From IMG/VR virus record IMGVR_UViG_3300005739_000450, positions 1 to 28,823 of that record: a stretch of 28,823 nt of DNA; one strand, 5' to 3'. The notes under the pieces are model-generated. The model saw only the letters and a program-made list of their open reading frames with translations. It had not been told where the DNA came from and made no database searches. The DNA is from a virus. Taxonomy: Duplodnaviria > Caudoviricetes. Each line of letters starts with the position of its first letter. Within the stretch, counting starts at the first letter, position 1. The position numbers and the translations under genes are program-made. Positions 15,909-25,341 of the stretch are shown here, piece by piece.

Positions 15909-17666
15909 TTAGTGCCTGAGTTCATTAATTCTCTTGAGTATTTCTTCTGCATAATCCGCAGAATTAAGATTATCTCCCATAACCGTTGAGATAACTTGTT
16001 TTTTATTGTTTAATATGTCATATATTACACCCTCGATTGTATTTTCGAAAATTGGGTAATATACTAATACATTATTTTTTTGACCGAATCTGTATGCTCT
16101 ATCTTCAGCTTGAGAGTGGTCTGATGGTAAAAATGATAAATCATTCATTATAACTGCTTCTGCCGCTGTTAGGGTAAGACCAACACCCGCCGCCTTTATA
16201 TTACCTACAAATACTGTGACCTTTTCGTTATTTTGAAATTCATCAACGCTGTTTTGTCTGTCATGTTTTGTCATCGAGCCATCTACTTTGACAGCGGCTT
16301 TTCCAAAGTGTTCGACAATTTTGTTTAAAGAATCTGTAAAGTTACAGAATATGATAACTTTTTTACCTTGCTCAACAATATTCTCTGCTAGTTCTATTGT
16401 CTGACTAATTTTTTCATTCGCGATGATTTGTCTGACTTTAGTTAATTTGGTAAATTGAACCGTCAAAGATTTTGATTCATCTGGATTTTTTTCATACCAA
16501 TTATAATATTCACCCATAACTTCCTCGTATTCTTTAGATTTGAGTCTTAGATAGACAGGAGTGATAATTTTTTCAGGTAAATCTAAAACGTCTTCTTTTA
16601 GTCTCCTCAAAGTCAGACCCGAAGTTCGGTCCCTTAGTTCCTCTAAATTTGATGCACCCATGACGTTCCAAACTTTACGGGGACCAACTCTAAATTGATA
16701 TCCACTACAATACCTAATAACGTAAGCCATCCAATTTTTTGCAACGGGGGAATCCACCAAACTTAATAAGTTATAATAGTCTATCGGTCTTGATGTCATT
16801 GGAGTTCCAGTTAGTAACCAAAGTCTATCAACCTTTTTTACAATATCGTTTATTAGTTTTGTTCTTTGTGCTTGAGCATTTTTGATATAGTGTGCCTCAT
16901 CAACGACCACCAAATCAAAATGGGCATCAATAATTTTCGATTCATCTTTTCTTTTAGTGTCATGGAAATTTTTTATGATGTCATAGTTTATTATTACAAA
17001 ATCATGTTCTGTTGAAAAGTTTTTTCCCTCGCATATATAAACTGAGCGTTTCGAGTAATTTTCAATTTCTCTTTGCCAATTTATTTTCAGTGATGCGGGA
17101 CAAATTATTAAAACTTTTTTTGCTTGACATTCAAGGGATGCAATTATTGTGGATGTTGTTTTTCCCAAACCCATATCATCCGCTAAGATGTATTTTTTGT
17201 TTTCAACGAGTTTTTGTATTGCTTCTTTTTGATGCGATAGTGGTGGTCTATGAGAATATTTTTCGTAATCTATTATTACGTCTTTTACTGTATTATCTTT
17301 GATTACCGCAGCCTTTGGTAACCAAAACTCATGAAACTCTTCAGTCTCCCAAACTTTACCCCAAATATGAAAAGCTTTTTCCTTTTCACTTAATAATTTT
17401 TCAACCCAAACTTTTTGAGGTATTTCTGTATAGAGTTTATCGTCCGCTAATTTTTGTGCAAAATATGCATCCAATATAACCCATTTTTTTGCAACTTTTG
17501 GTTGTTTGTCATGATTATTGATTATGTATTCCGATTGACTTCTCGTGGGGTAAAATTTTTTATTAATTTCAGATTTTCTTTTAAGTTCTAAAATATAATT
17601 GTTTGCCCCTTCATATTGTTCTAAAAGAGTGAGTGCTTTTGATTCTAAACTTATTTCTATCGACAT
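15909..17666 (-). CDS. SNF2-family (HARP/SMARCAL1-like) helicase/ATPase
   Basis: LADDMGLGKT, ICPASL, DEAH, LTGTP, AAGVGLTLT, QAEDRAYRFGQ. Confidence 0.92.
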   Translation of the reverse strand: MSIEISLESKALTLLEQYEGANNYILELKRKSEINKKFYPTRSQSEYIINNHDKQPKVAKKWVILDAYFAQKLADDKLYTEIPQKVWVEKLLSEKEKAFHIWGKVWETEEFHEFWLPKAAVIKDNTVKDVIIDYEKYSHRPPLSHQKEAIQKLVENKKYILADDMGLGKTTSTIIASLECQAKKVLIICPASLKINWQREIENYSKRSVYICEGKNFSTEHDFVIINYDIIKNFHDTKRKDESKIIDAHFDLVVVDEAHYIKNAQAQRTKLINDIVKKVDRLWLLTGTPMTSRPIDYYNLLSLVDSPVAKNWMAYVIRYCSGYQFRVGPRKVWNVMGASNLEELRDRTSGLTLRRLKEDVLDLPEKIITPVYLRLKSKEYEEVMGEYYNWYEKNPDESKSLTVQFTKLTKVRQIIANEKISQTIELAENIVEQGKKVIIFCNFTDSLNKIVEHFGKAAVKVDGSMTKHDRQNSVDEFQNNEKVTVFVGNIKAAGVGLTLTAAEAVIMNDLSFLPSDHSQAEDRAYRFGQKNNVLVYYPIFENTIEGVIYDILNNKKQVISTVMGDNLNSADYAEEILKRINELRH

Positions 17667-17669
17667 CAA

Positions 17670-18056
17670 TTAACTCAATTTAATTCTACCATCGCACCAA
17701 TAGTTGTCTCCACCATACCATACGAATATTTCTTCACCAGGTAGAATTTCCTTTGTTGAATAAAATTCAAATGTGTTATTATCTAAATTGGACCTCCATG
17801 CGGCGTTTGGGGTTTCGCTGTGATTGTATAAACTTGCAAAACCTAAACCAACAACCTGTTTTTCCCAATGTTCTCCTTGTGGCCAATTGAATCTATAATC
17901 CATGAGGAATGGTGATGTTTCACCCTTAACCATACCAATATCTAAAACAGGACAAATTTCAAAAATTTCCCCAAGTTGGATTTTGGATGTCGAAAAAACC
18001 CCTAACCCATGGACGGGGCTTTTAGCTACACATATCTTTGTAGGTGGTACTATCAT
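17670..18056 (-). CDS. SET-domain protein-lysine methyltransferase
   Basis: SPVHGLGVF, YNHSETPNA and I.PGEEIFVWYG motifs; no post-SET Cys cluster. Confidence 0.9.
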   Translation of the reverse strand: MIVPPTKICVAKSPVHGLGVFSTSKIQLGEIFEICPVLDIGMVKGETSPFLMDYRFNWPQGEHWEKQVVGLGFASLYNHSETPNAAWRSNLDNNTFEFYSTKEILPGEEIFVWYGGDNYWCDGRIKLS

Positions 18057-18104
18057 AGTAAAACTTTTGAGGAAAATATAACCAAACTCTAAATATTTAT
18101 CAAT

Positions 18105-18620
18105 ATGGCAGAAAATTTAGTTCCTATATCGAGGTTGGGTAAATTCTTTGGTGGTGAGGATTATGCGTTAGAAATTGACATGGGTCAAGAGTGGTTGGAA
18201 GGGGACATGAATTTCACGATAATACTTTATAGGATTGATAGATACAAAACAAAAACAGATGATGTTTATGGTGAGGTATTGGAAGATGGTATTCAGTATT
18301 TAGCCCCTGTTGAATTGAAAGTTTATCTTCAGGTTCTTGCTCCTACGGATAAGTTCTATGGTAACTCTAAAATTGAATTGCAAGAACCTGGTAACATGAA
18401 GTTTGGAATATATCAAAAACAACTTGATGATTTGGGTGTCGAGATTTTCATGGGTGACTATATAGGTTATTATGAGAGCGAAGATAGGGTTAGATATTAT
18501 GTTGTCAGTGATGATGGGTACGTAAAGTCAGATAACAAACACACCTATGGTGGATACAAACCCTTCTATAGAAGTGTGGTTTGTACCTATGTAAGTGAAA
18601 ACGAATTCAAAGGTATTTGA
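18105..18620 (+). CDS. Putative head-closure/neck protein (T4 gp14-like)
   Basis: ILYRID....DDVYGE motif, position ahead of the tail genes, TATTTAT at 18094-18100. Confidence 0.55.
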   Translation: MAENLVPISRLGKFFGGEDYALEIDMGQEWLEGDMNFTIILYRIDRYKTKTDDVYGEVLEDGIQYLAPVELKVYLQVLAPTDKFYGNSKIELQEPGNMKFGIYQKQLDDLGVEIFMGDYIGYYESEDRVRYYVVSDDGYVKSDNKHTYGGYKPFYRSVVCTYVSENEFKGI

Positions 18621-19030
18621 TGAAAATTATAATTTCAGAATCTCAGTTCGATAATATTTTTTTGGGTAGTAGAGTAATGGTTTATTACAACTTACATAAA
18701 CATACATTTTCTATATCACACTCAGGTAAGGTGATAATGCATGCTGATTTTGTTAAGTTGTCGGATGTTGAGTTCAGAGTTCGTCATGGTGGTCGAGAAA
18801 AAGTGAGAGATGAAAAAAGAAAAAATGTTCATGCTTTTGTTATTGGTAAATTGGAAGACTATTGCGAATTTCCTTGTGATAATGTAGTTCCGCCAAATAA
18901 GGGAATCATAGTTTCTTATGACCCTTATAAAAACGAAAGTTTTGTAATAAAAAAAACCCAAGAACCTGTTTTTAGTGCTGAAGTAGTTGAGATGGTTAAT
19001 TTAAAGAATAAAATATATATTATTAAATAA
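18620..19030 (+). CDS. Phage hypothetical protein
   Basis: VYYNLHKHTFSI...EKRKNVHAFVIG block resembling a recurrent phage family; TGATG coupling to the upstream gene; N-terminal MKIIISESQ leader. Confidence 0.75.
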   Translation: MKIIISESQFDNIFLGSRVMVYYNLHKHTFSISHSGKVIMHADFVKLSDVEFRVRHGGREKVRDEKRKNVHAFVIGKLEDYCEFPCDNVVPPNKGIIVSYDPYKNESFVIKKTQEPVFSAEVVEMVNLKNKIYIIK

Positions 19031-19033
19031 AAG

Positions 19034-19543
19034 ATGAAATTCATAATAAACTCAAAACAATATGGGTTTTTATTGGAGGGTGAAATCGCTTCGAAGAAAT
19101 ACGATGCAATTTTAATCGGTGGTCTAGAGCATCGAGAGGGCGATAAACCTCTTCCTGAACAAATTTCCCTTCTAGCATCTGGGTTGGGGAAATTCAACAT
19201 CAAAGGTTTTCATCATAACGATTCAATAGATAAGATACTTAATTTTATGGAACAAAATCCTAAAAAACCGATATATCTTTTTAGTGCAGGTTGTGTTCAT
19301 TCAAAAGACATTTCGGCTAGCCCTCATTCGGATTTGTCACGAATTTATGTAATCGAACCTTTTGCTCCGTCGAGAACAACCAAAAAAAGTGTGGAGGATT
19401 CGGTTTCTAATGGGGTGCCTTCCTACAATGTTTTTGTTGGTCCAACATCAGGTCGAGGTTTGGGCGTTATCAAAGGAGCTCGCTCTTCAAGAGCTAAATC
19501 GCATTGGGATGCATTAACTACTGTTGGTTCAATGACAAAATAG
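19034..19543 (+). CDS. Hypothetical protein, possible minimal alpha/beta-hydrolase fold
   Basis: ILIGGL, IYLFSAG (nucleophile-elbow-like), YVIEP, C-terminal SHW. Confidence 0.55.
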   Translation: MKFIINSKQYGFLLEGEIASKKYDAILIGGLEHREGDKPLPEQISLLASGLGKFNIKGFHHNDSIDKILNFMEQNPKKPIYLFSAGCVHSKDISASPHSDLSRIYVIEPFAPSRTTKKSVEDSVSNGVPSYNVFVGPTSGRGLGVIKGARSSRAKSHWDALTTVGSMTK

Positions 19544-19548
19544 ATTTT

Positions 19549-20844
19549 ATGCCATTACCGAAACAAGTCAAACCTAATCTTCAATTAGTTCCTCCCAAAA
19601 CCTTGATTGCTCGGAGGGAACAATTGAAAGAGTACATTACTAAAGATGGTACATATCTACCTAAGTCTGTTCTTCATGCTGATTTGGATAGAGGTATGTT
19701 AGATTTTGTTAAAGGTGATTTACAAGTTGTGACGGCTGGAAAAATAGTACCAATGGTTGATATTATAATCACAACTCAGAATTGGGCACAATATTTAGAA
19801 ACTTGGAAATTTATTGATTTGGATTACAATCCATCACCACCTTTCGTTACTGTGGTTAGGTCTCCTGAGGTCAAATATGGAACAAACCCGGCTCTAAAAT
19901 ATAATATACCAAACAGGAAACAATTCTATTATGCTTCTGTTCCGACTTGGAATGGAAACATGCAGGGTATGGATATCTATACAATTCCACAACCTGTTCC
20001 TGTCGATATAAATTATAGTGTGAAAATTATCTGTAATCGTATGAGGGAGTTGAATCAGTTGAATAAAATTGTTCTTCAAAAATTTTCCTCGAGACAAGCT
20101 TATACTTTTATTAAGGGTCAATACGTTCCCATAATTTTGAACAATATAAGTGATGAATCTCAAATGAATATGGACGCCAGAAAATATTATGTTCAAAGTT
20201 ATGATTTCACAATGTTGGGCTATTTGATTGATGAGGATGAGTTCGAGGTAAAACCTGCGGTGTCTAGAGTAACGGAATTAGTTGAGGTCGATAATACTAC
20301 TAGAAAAAAGAAAATAGAAATTTTTCCCAAGAACCCAGACGAGTTTCCTCAAAACTTCAGATTTTTAACTGGAACTACAGCTTTGACAACATCGATGGAA
20401 TTTACAGCAGATATGAACGTAGTATCAACAACAAACGTTAATACTTATGATGTTTTCATTAATGGTGATTATTACGGTGTTGATGTTCCTTTAATTCAAA
20501 TAACAACCAATGATGTACTCAAACTAGAAGTTACCAAAACAGACCCAACAAAGGAATCCAATATATTTTTCGATAACATATTATATGGAGATGCAATAGC
20601 ACCGAATTATACAACTAAAGCTGTACCAACCCCTTATACCTTGGGTGTTTTATCTGGTTCTACTTTCCAAATCGGCGGGGGTTTAAAATATGTTCCAAAC
20701 CAAGATGTTAGGATTTATCACAACGAGTCAGCTAATCAAGTTTCTAAAGTTGTTTCCTACAATGTTGGTTCTGGCGTTTTTGTTTTCTCAGGTGCCTCCC
20801 AAGTTGTTGGGTCGGGTACTTATTGGAGTTGGAATGTTATTTAG
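19549..20844 (+). CDS. Tail terminator/completion protein (T4 gp15-like) with C-terminal extension
   Basis: IPQPVPVDINYSV and YDFTMLGYL motifs, position before the sheath. ATG 19549 preferred over TTG 19504. Confidence 0.6.
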   Translation: MPLPKQVKPNLQLVPPKTLIARREQLKEYITKDGTYLPKSVLHADLDRGMLDFVKGDLQVVTAGKIVPMVDIIITTQNWAQYLETWKFIDLDYNPSPPFVTVVRSPEVKYGTNPALKYNIPNRKQFYYASVPTWNGNMQGMDIYTIPQPVPVDINYSVKIICNRMRELNQLNKIVLQKFSSRQAYTFIKGQYVPIILNNISDESQMNMDARKYYVQSYDFTMLGYLIDEDEFEVKPAVSRVTELVEVDNTTRKKKIEIFPKNPDEFPQNFRFLTGTTALTTSMEFTADMNVVSTTNVNTYDVFINGDYYGVDVPLIQITTNDVLKLEVTKTDPTKESNIFFDNILYGDAIAPNYTTKAVPTPYTLGVLSGSTFQIGGGLKYVPNQDVRIYHNESANQVSKVVSYNVGSGVFVFSGASQVVGSGTYWSWNVI

Positions 20845-21002
20845 TTTTCTCCGTAAATGTCCTTTTTTTCTTGACACTTTTCAAGTATCAAATTTTCTAA
20901 AAATTTATATATTTTAATTCCCCTTTTATCGCAGTATTTTTTTAGAATTTCATGTACTGCAGGGTCAATTTTTATATTCTTAATTTCTTTCTTAGTTCTC
21001 AT
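20841..21002 (-). CDS. Small ribbon-helix-helix-like DNA-binding protein (53 aa, absent from the ORF track)
   Basis: Manual translation MRTKKEIKNIKIDPAVHEILKKYCDKRGIKIYKFLENLILEKCQEKKDIYGEN*; own TATTTAT on the minus strand at 21037-21043. Confidence 0.75.
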   Translation of the reverse strand: MRTKKEIKNIKIDPAVHEILKKYCDKRGIKIYKFLENLILEKCQEKKDIYGEN

Positions 21003-21124
21003 GGTAGAAAAAAGGCAGAATTAATTCTCACCGTTTATAAATAGATATTCGAAAGTCAAGTTTTTTCATCTTAATATGAATATTTATCAATAAAATAAAT
21101 CTTAGGATAAATTAATTTATAATA

Positions 21125-24100
21125 ATGGCAACAGCACAAGCAAATCAGAAAGTTTTCGTTTCCCCAGGTGTTTATACCTCTGAAACAGACTTGTCTTTCG
21201 TAGCCCAAAGTGTCGGTGTAACGACCTTAGGATTAGTGGGAGAATCAATAAAAGGGCCGGCTTTTGAGCCTGTGTTCATCACAAACTACGATGAGTTCCA
21301 AACATATTTCGGAGGAACAATTCCTGAAAAGTTTGTTAATACACAAATCCCAAAGTACGAAGCGGCGTATATTGCCAAGTCGTACTTACAACAATCAAAC
21401 CAAATGTTCTTCACAAGAATTTTGGGTTTGTCGGGTTTTGACGCGGGTCCATCTTGGTCTATAAAGGTAATTGCTAATGTTGACCCAACAACTGTTGGTG
21501 TAGTAGGTTCAACAGGTGTATGGACCGCTAACTTCTCAGGTTCTACAGGTGGTACTATCACATTTATTGGTGGGGCTTTTCCTGGACCTGTCAATGTTGA
21601 TTTGAATAATCAATACACATTGTTCAACGGTAGCACTTCTTCATATTCTAGTGACTTCCAAACTTACCTCGGTAATGTTTTGGAGAATCCCTCTTTGTCG
21701 GCAACAACTTCAATTTTTTATGGTCCGGCAACAACGACATCATATCAAAACATTGTGAGTGTTTATAACGCAACAACAAATGTTTTCGGTGTAGATAGTT
21801 TAGATATTGCTTCAAACGACTTATCTGCGTCAAACAACGATTCTTGGTTCTATGCTGCTTTTGATTTGACAACAGGAAACAACTACTCAGGTTATTCGTA
21901 CAACTATGTTGTAAGTAATTTGGTTAATTTAGGTTCTTCTGTTTTTTCAGGTACAATATCAGGAAACATTTACACCTACTCAGGCACCGCATATCCAGAA
22001 TATAATAATATGGTAGTTGCAACTCTACGTTCAAGAGGTATATCATTATATACCAATAGCTCAGCGAGTCAAAACCATGGACCAATATATGAAGTGACAG
22101 GACTCACAGATGTACAATTAGTATGTACAGGTCAATACTCAGGTGTGACAAAAAATCCTTTTGGTACCTTCTTGATTTCGGGAGTTACAAAAGACGCAAC
22201 TACTTTCAGTTTTGAAACTTCTTTATTAGCTTCATCATCAAAATATATTGCTAAGGTTTTAGGTTTTGATAATTTTGGAAAATCAAGAACTGAGGTTCCT
22301 CTTTTCGTTGAGGAAATTTACCCAAGCTCTTTGAATTATGCTTATAATCAAAGTTATATTAGAGGTTTAAATTGTACTTTGATTGGTTTACCTCAAGCTC
22401 GTCCTATTGCGGGTAATGCGGCTTCAAATTCTATTGCTTGGAAGTTAGAACAATATCAATCTCCTAAGACACCTTATTTGGTTTCAGAATTAAGAGGAAA
22501 TAGAGTTTATGATTTGTTCAGATTCATTTCTATTTCAGATGGAGATGCTGCAAATACAGAAGTAAAAGTTTCGATTGCTAATATTTCATTTAATAATATG
22601 ACTTTTGATGTGTTAGTTAGAAGTTTCTATGATACAGATGCAAATCCAGTGGTTTTAGAAAAATTTACCAACTGTACTTTAGACCCGGCAACTAATAGTT
22701 TCATTGGAGTCAAAATTGGTACTCAAGACGGGGAATATGCTTTAGTTTCAAAGTATATAATGGTGGAGATGGCTGATGGTGCTCCAATCGACGCTGTCCC
22801 TTGTGGTTTCTATGGTTATGTACAGAGAGAATATGATAGTCCTGTAAATCCTTCACCTTATATAATTTATAAAACAAAATATAATTTCCCTGGTGAAGTG
22901 ATATATAACCCTCCATTTGGGGCTCCTTCTGGTGGTGATAACCTTACGGTAACTTCAGGGGATGTTGTTAGAAGAACTTATTTAGGATTTTCTACCTTTT
23001 ATGGAATTGATGATTCTTTCTTGTCATACAAGGGAAAACAAAATCCACAAACAAATTGGGCAACTGCAACAGACTCATTCCAATGGAATGTCTTAAGTAA
23101 AGGTTTCCACATGGACTCAGGTGCTACCGTTGTATCAATTAGTAATAACTTTGTTACAAGTGGAACACCAGCTTTTGAATGTGGTGTAGCTGATTTTAGA
23201 AATGACCCCGCAACACAAGAAAACCCTTACTATTTCATTTACGCGAGAAAATACACGGTATGTTTTGCTGGTGGTTTTGATGGCTGGGATATTTACAGAG
23301 AGTTTAGAACAAATAAAGATGACTTCCAACTCGGAGCTCCTGGATTTCTAGCTGGTTTTCAGGCTGATGGTAGATATCCAAGTGCTACTGGTCAGGGTTT
23401 ATTTAAAAGGATTACTGTTCAGAACAATAGAGCAGATTTTGCTAATACTGACTACTACGCATATCTATTGGGTATATTAACTTATGCAAATCCTGAATCC
23501 ACAAATATCAATGTATTTGCAACCTCTTCAATTGATTATGTTAATAACTCAAACTTAGTAGAAGCTGCAATTGACATGGTTCAGTTCTCAAGAGCTGACT
23601 CTGTGTATATCGCAACAACACCAGACTACAACATGTATGTTCCAGATTCAACTGATTCCCAGTTAATTATTTATCCTCAGGAAGCTGTTGATAATTTGGA
23701 TATAACGGGTATCGATTCGAACTATACGGCAACATATTATCCATGGATTTTAGTTAGAGATACCGTAAATAACACACAAATTTATTTACCACCTACGGGT
23801 GAAGTTTGTAGAAACTTAGCACTAACAGATAATATCGCTTTCCCTTGGTTCGCATCGGCTGGTTACACGAGAGGTTTAGTAAATTCTATTAAAGCAAGGG
23901 TAAAACTTACTCAAGAAGATAGAGACACCCTTTATCAGGGAAGAATCAACCCAATCGCTACATTCTCTGATGTTGGTACTGTAATTTGGGGCAATAAAAC
24001 TTTACAAGTTGCAGATACCGCTCTTAACAGATTGAACGTTAGAAGATTATTACTTCAAGCTCGTAAGTTGATTTCAGCTGTTGCGGTAAGATTGTTGTTT

Positions 24101-24337
24101 GAACAAAACGACCAAATAGTAAGACAACAGTTCTTAGACAGTGTGAATCCAATTTTGGACTCAATCAGAAGAGATAGAGGTCTTTATGATTTCAGAGTAA
24201 CTGTTTCTTCATCCCCTGAAGATTTGGATAGAAATACCTTAACAGGTAAAATTTATCTGAAACCAACAAAGGCTTTGGAATTTATCGATATCGAATTCTT
24301 CATCACACCAACAGGTGCTTCGTTTGAAAATATCTAA
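21125..24337 (+). CDS. Contractile tail sheath protein
   Basis: FVSPGVYTSETDLS N-terminus; PWFASAGYTRG, RINPI, WGNKTL, LNVRRLL, LFEQND, EFIDIEF in the C-terminal sheath domain; TATTTAT at 21081-21087. Confidence 0.95.
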   Translation: MATAQANQKVFVSPGVYTSETDLSFVAQSVGVTTLGLVGESIKGPAFEPVFITNYDEFQTYFGGTIPEKFVNTQIPKYEAAYIAKSYLQQSNQMFFTRILGLSGFDAGPSWSIKVIANVDPTTVGVVGSTGVWTANFSGSTGGTITFIGGAFPGPVNVDLNNQYTLFNGSTSSYSSDFQTYLGNVLENPSLSATTSIFYGPATTTSYQNIVSVYNATTNVFGVDSLDIASNDLSASNNDSWFYAAFDLTTGNNYSGYSYNYVVSNLVNLGSSVFSGTISGNIYTYSGTAYPEYNNMVVATLRSRGISLYTNSSASQNHGPIYEVTGLTDVQLVCTGQYSGVTKNPFGTFLISGVTKDATTFSFETSLLASSSKYIAKVLGFDNFGKSRTEVPLFVEEIYPSSLNYAYNQSYIRGLNCTLIGLPQARPIAGNAASNSIAWKLEQYQSPKTPYLVSELRGNRVYDLFRFISISDGDAANTEVKVSIANISFNNMTFDVLVRSFYDTDANPVVLEKFTNCTLDPATNSFIGVKIGTQDGEYALVSKYIMVEMADGAPIDAVPCGFYGYVQREYDSPVNPSPYIIYKTKYNFPGEVIYNPPFGAPSGGDNLTVTSGDVVRRTYLGFSTFYGIDDSFLSYKGKQNPQTNWATATDSFQWNVLSKGFHMDSGATVVSISNNFVTSGTPAFECGVADFRNDPATQENPYYFIYARKYTVCFAGGFDGWDIYREFRTNKDDFQLGAPGFLAGFQADGRYPSATGQGLFKRITVQNNRADFANTDYYAYLLGILTYANPESTNINVFATSSIDYVNNSNLVEAAIDMVQFSRADSVYIATTPDYNMYVPDSTDSQLIIYPQEAVDNLDITGIDSNYTATYYPWILVRDTVNNTQIYLPPTGEVCRNLALTDNIAFPWFASAGYTRGLVNSIKARVKLTQEDRDTLYQGRINPIATFSDVGTVIWGNKTLQVADTALNRLNVRRLLLQARKLISAVAVRLLFEQNDQIVRQQFLDSVNPILDSIRRDRGLYDFRVTVSSSPEDLDRNTLTGKIYLKPTKALEFIDIEFFITPTGASFENI

Positions 24338-24355
24338 AATATATAAAGAAAAACT

Positions 24356-24385
24356 AAACCCCCTCTAATAGGGGGTTTTTTATTT
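24356..24385 (+). terminator. Rho-independent terminator after sheath
   Basis: AAACCCCCT-ctaat-AGGGGGTTT followed by a T-rich tract. Confidence 0.85.
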
Positions 24386-24414
24386 ATAATACTATTTATT
24401 ACAAAAAAGAATCG

Positions 24415-25248
24415 GTGAAAAAAATAAAAATATTAGAAGGTTTTAAAGGTGATACAAGTCCCACAATGAAATATTATGCATTCGATTGGGATGACAACAT
24501 CGTTCATATGCCGACAAAAATTATGTTGCGAAGTGATTCGGGTAATGATGTTGGAATGAGTACCGAGGATTTTGCTGAATACAGAACTCAAGTAGGAAAA
24601 GAACCTTTCGATTATAAAGGTCAGACTATTGTTGGTTTTGCTGACAAACCATTTAGATTTTTCAAAACGGAAGGAGACAAACAATTTTTGATTGACAGTA
24701 TGAAAGCTAAGGTTGGTCCCGCTTTCAATGATTTCAAAGAGGCAATAGAAAACGGTTCAATTTTTGCTATCATTACTGCAAGGGGACATAATCCTAACAC
24801 AATTAAAGAAGCGATTTATAATTATATCATTTCGGGTTTTAACGGAATAGACAAAGACAGTCTTATTAAAAATTTAAAAAAATATAGAAGTTTCGTAGAT
24901 GAAGAAGACATGAGTGATGAAGACCTTATAAAGTCTTACTTATCTCTGAACAAATATAATCCTGTAACCTTCGGGGACGAAAAAAATGCCGTAAATCCCG
25001 AAGAGGCTAAAATCATGGCTATGGATGAATTTGTGGAATATATTAAAGCAATGGCTGCGGTTTTGAACAAGAAAGCATATCTCAAAAAAGACATGGGAAA
25101 TAAATTTTCTCCTATTAAGCCTCAAATAGGGTTTTCAGATGATGATATAAGAAACGTAGAATCTATGAAAAAACATTTTGAAAACAAACCAGATAACATA
25201 GTAAAAACTTATTCTACTGCTGGAGGAATTAAGAAAGAATATAAATAG
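24415..25248 (+). CDS. HAD-superfamily hydrolase-like protein
   Basis: Motif I AFDWDD, motif II ITARG, Lys in EEAK, motif IV FSDDD; TATTTAT at 24393-24399. Confidence 0.7.
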   Translation: MKKIKILEGFKGDTSPTMKYYAFDWDDNIVHMPTKIMLRSDSGNDVGMSTEDFAEYRTQVGKEPFDYKGQTIVGFADKPFRFFKTEGDKQFLIDSMKAKVGPAFNDFKEAIENGSIFAIITARGHNPNTIKEAIYNYIISGFNGIDKDSLIKNLKKYRSFVDEEDMSDEDLIKSYLSLNKYNPVTFGDEKNAVNPEEAKIMAMDEFVEYIKAMAAVLNKKAYLKKDMGNKFSPIKPQIGFSDDDIRNVESMKKHFENKPDNIVKTYSTAGGIKKEYK

Positions 25249-25341
25249 AGAATATGGTTAGAGTAAAAAAAGTAAAGTCGAAAATTTTTACACAACACTA
25301 TATTTATATCATATAAACACTGAAAACAAAATTTTAATAAT

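Noticed and set aside
2356-18056. Giant eukaryotic virus origin suggested by GT60, PLOD-like, SET, SNF2 and PolB
   Set aside because: Tail sheath, tube, neck and tape-measure genes, overlapping operon-like layout and intrinsic terminators indicate a tailed phage.
21036-21043. TATAAATA as a T4-type late promoter for the sheath gene
   Set aside because: Elsewhere the motif consistently reads TATTTAT in the coding direction. This copy fits the minus-strand RHH gene, and the sheath has its own copy at 21081.
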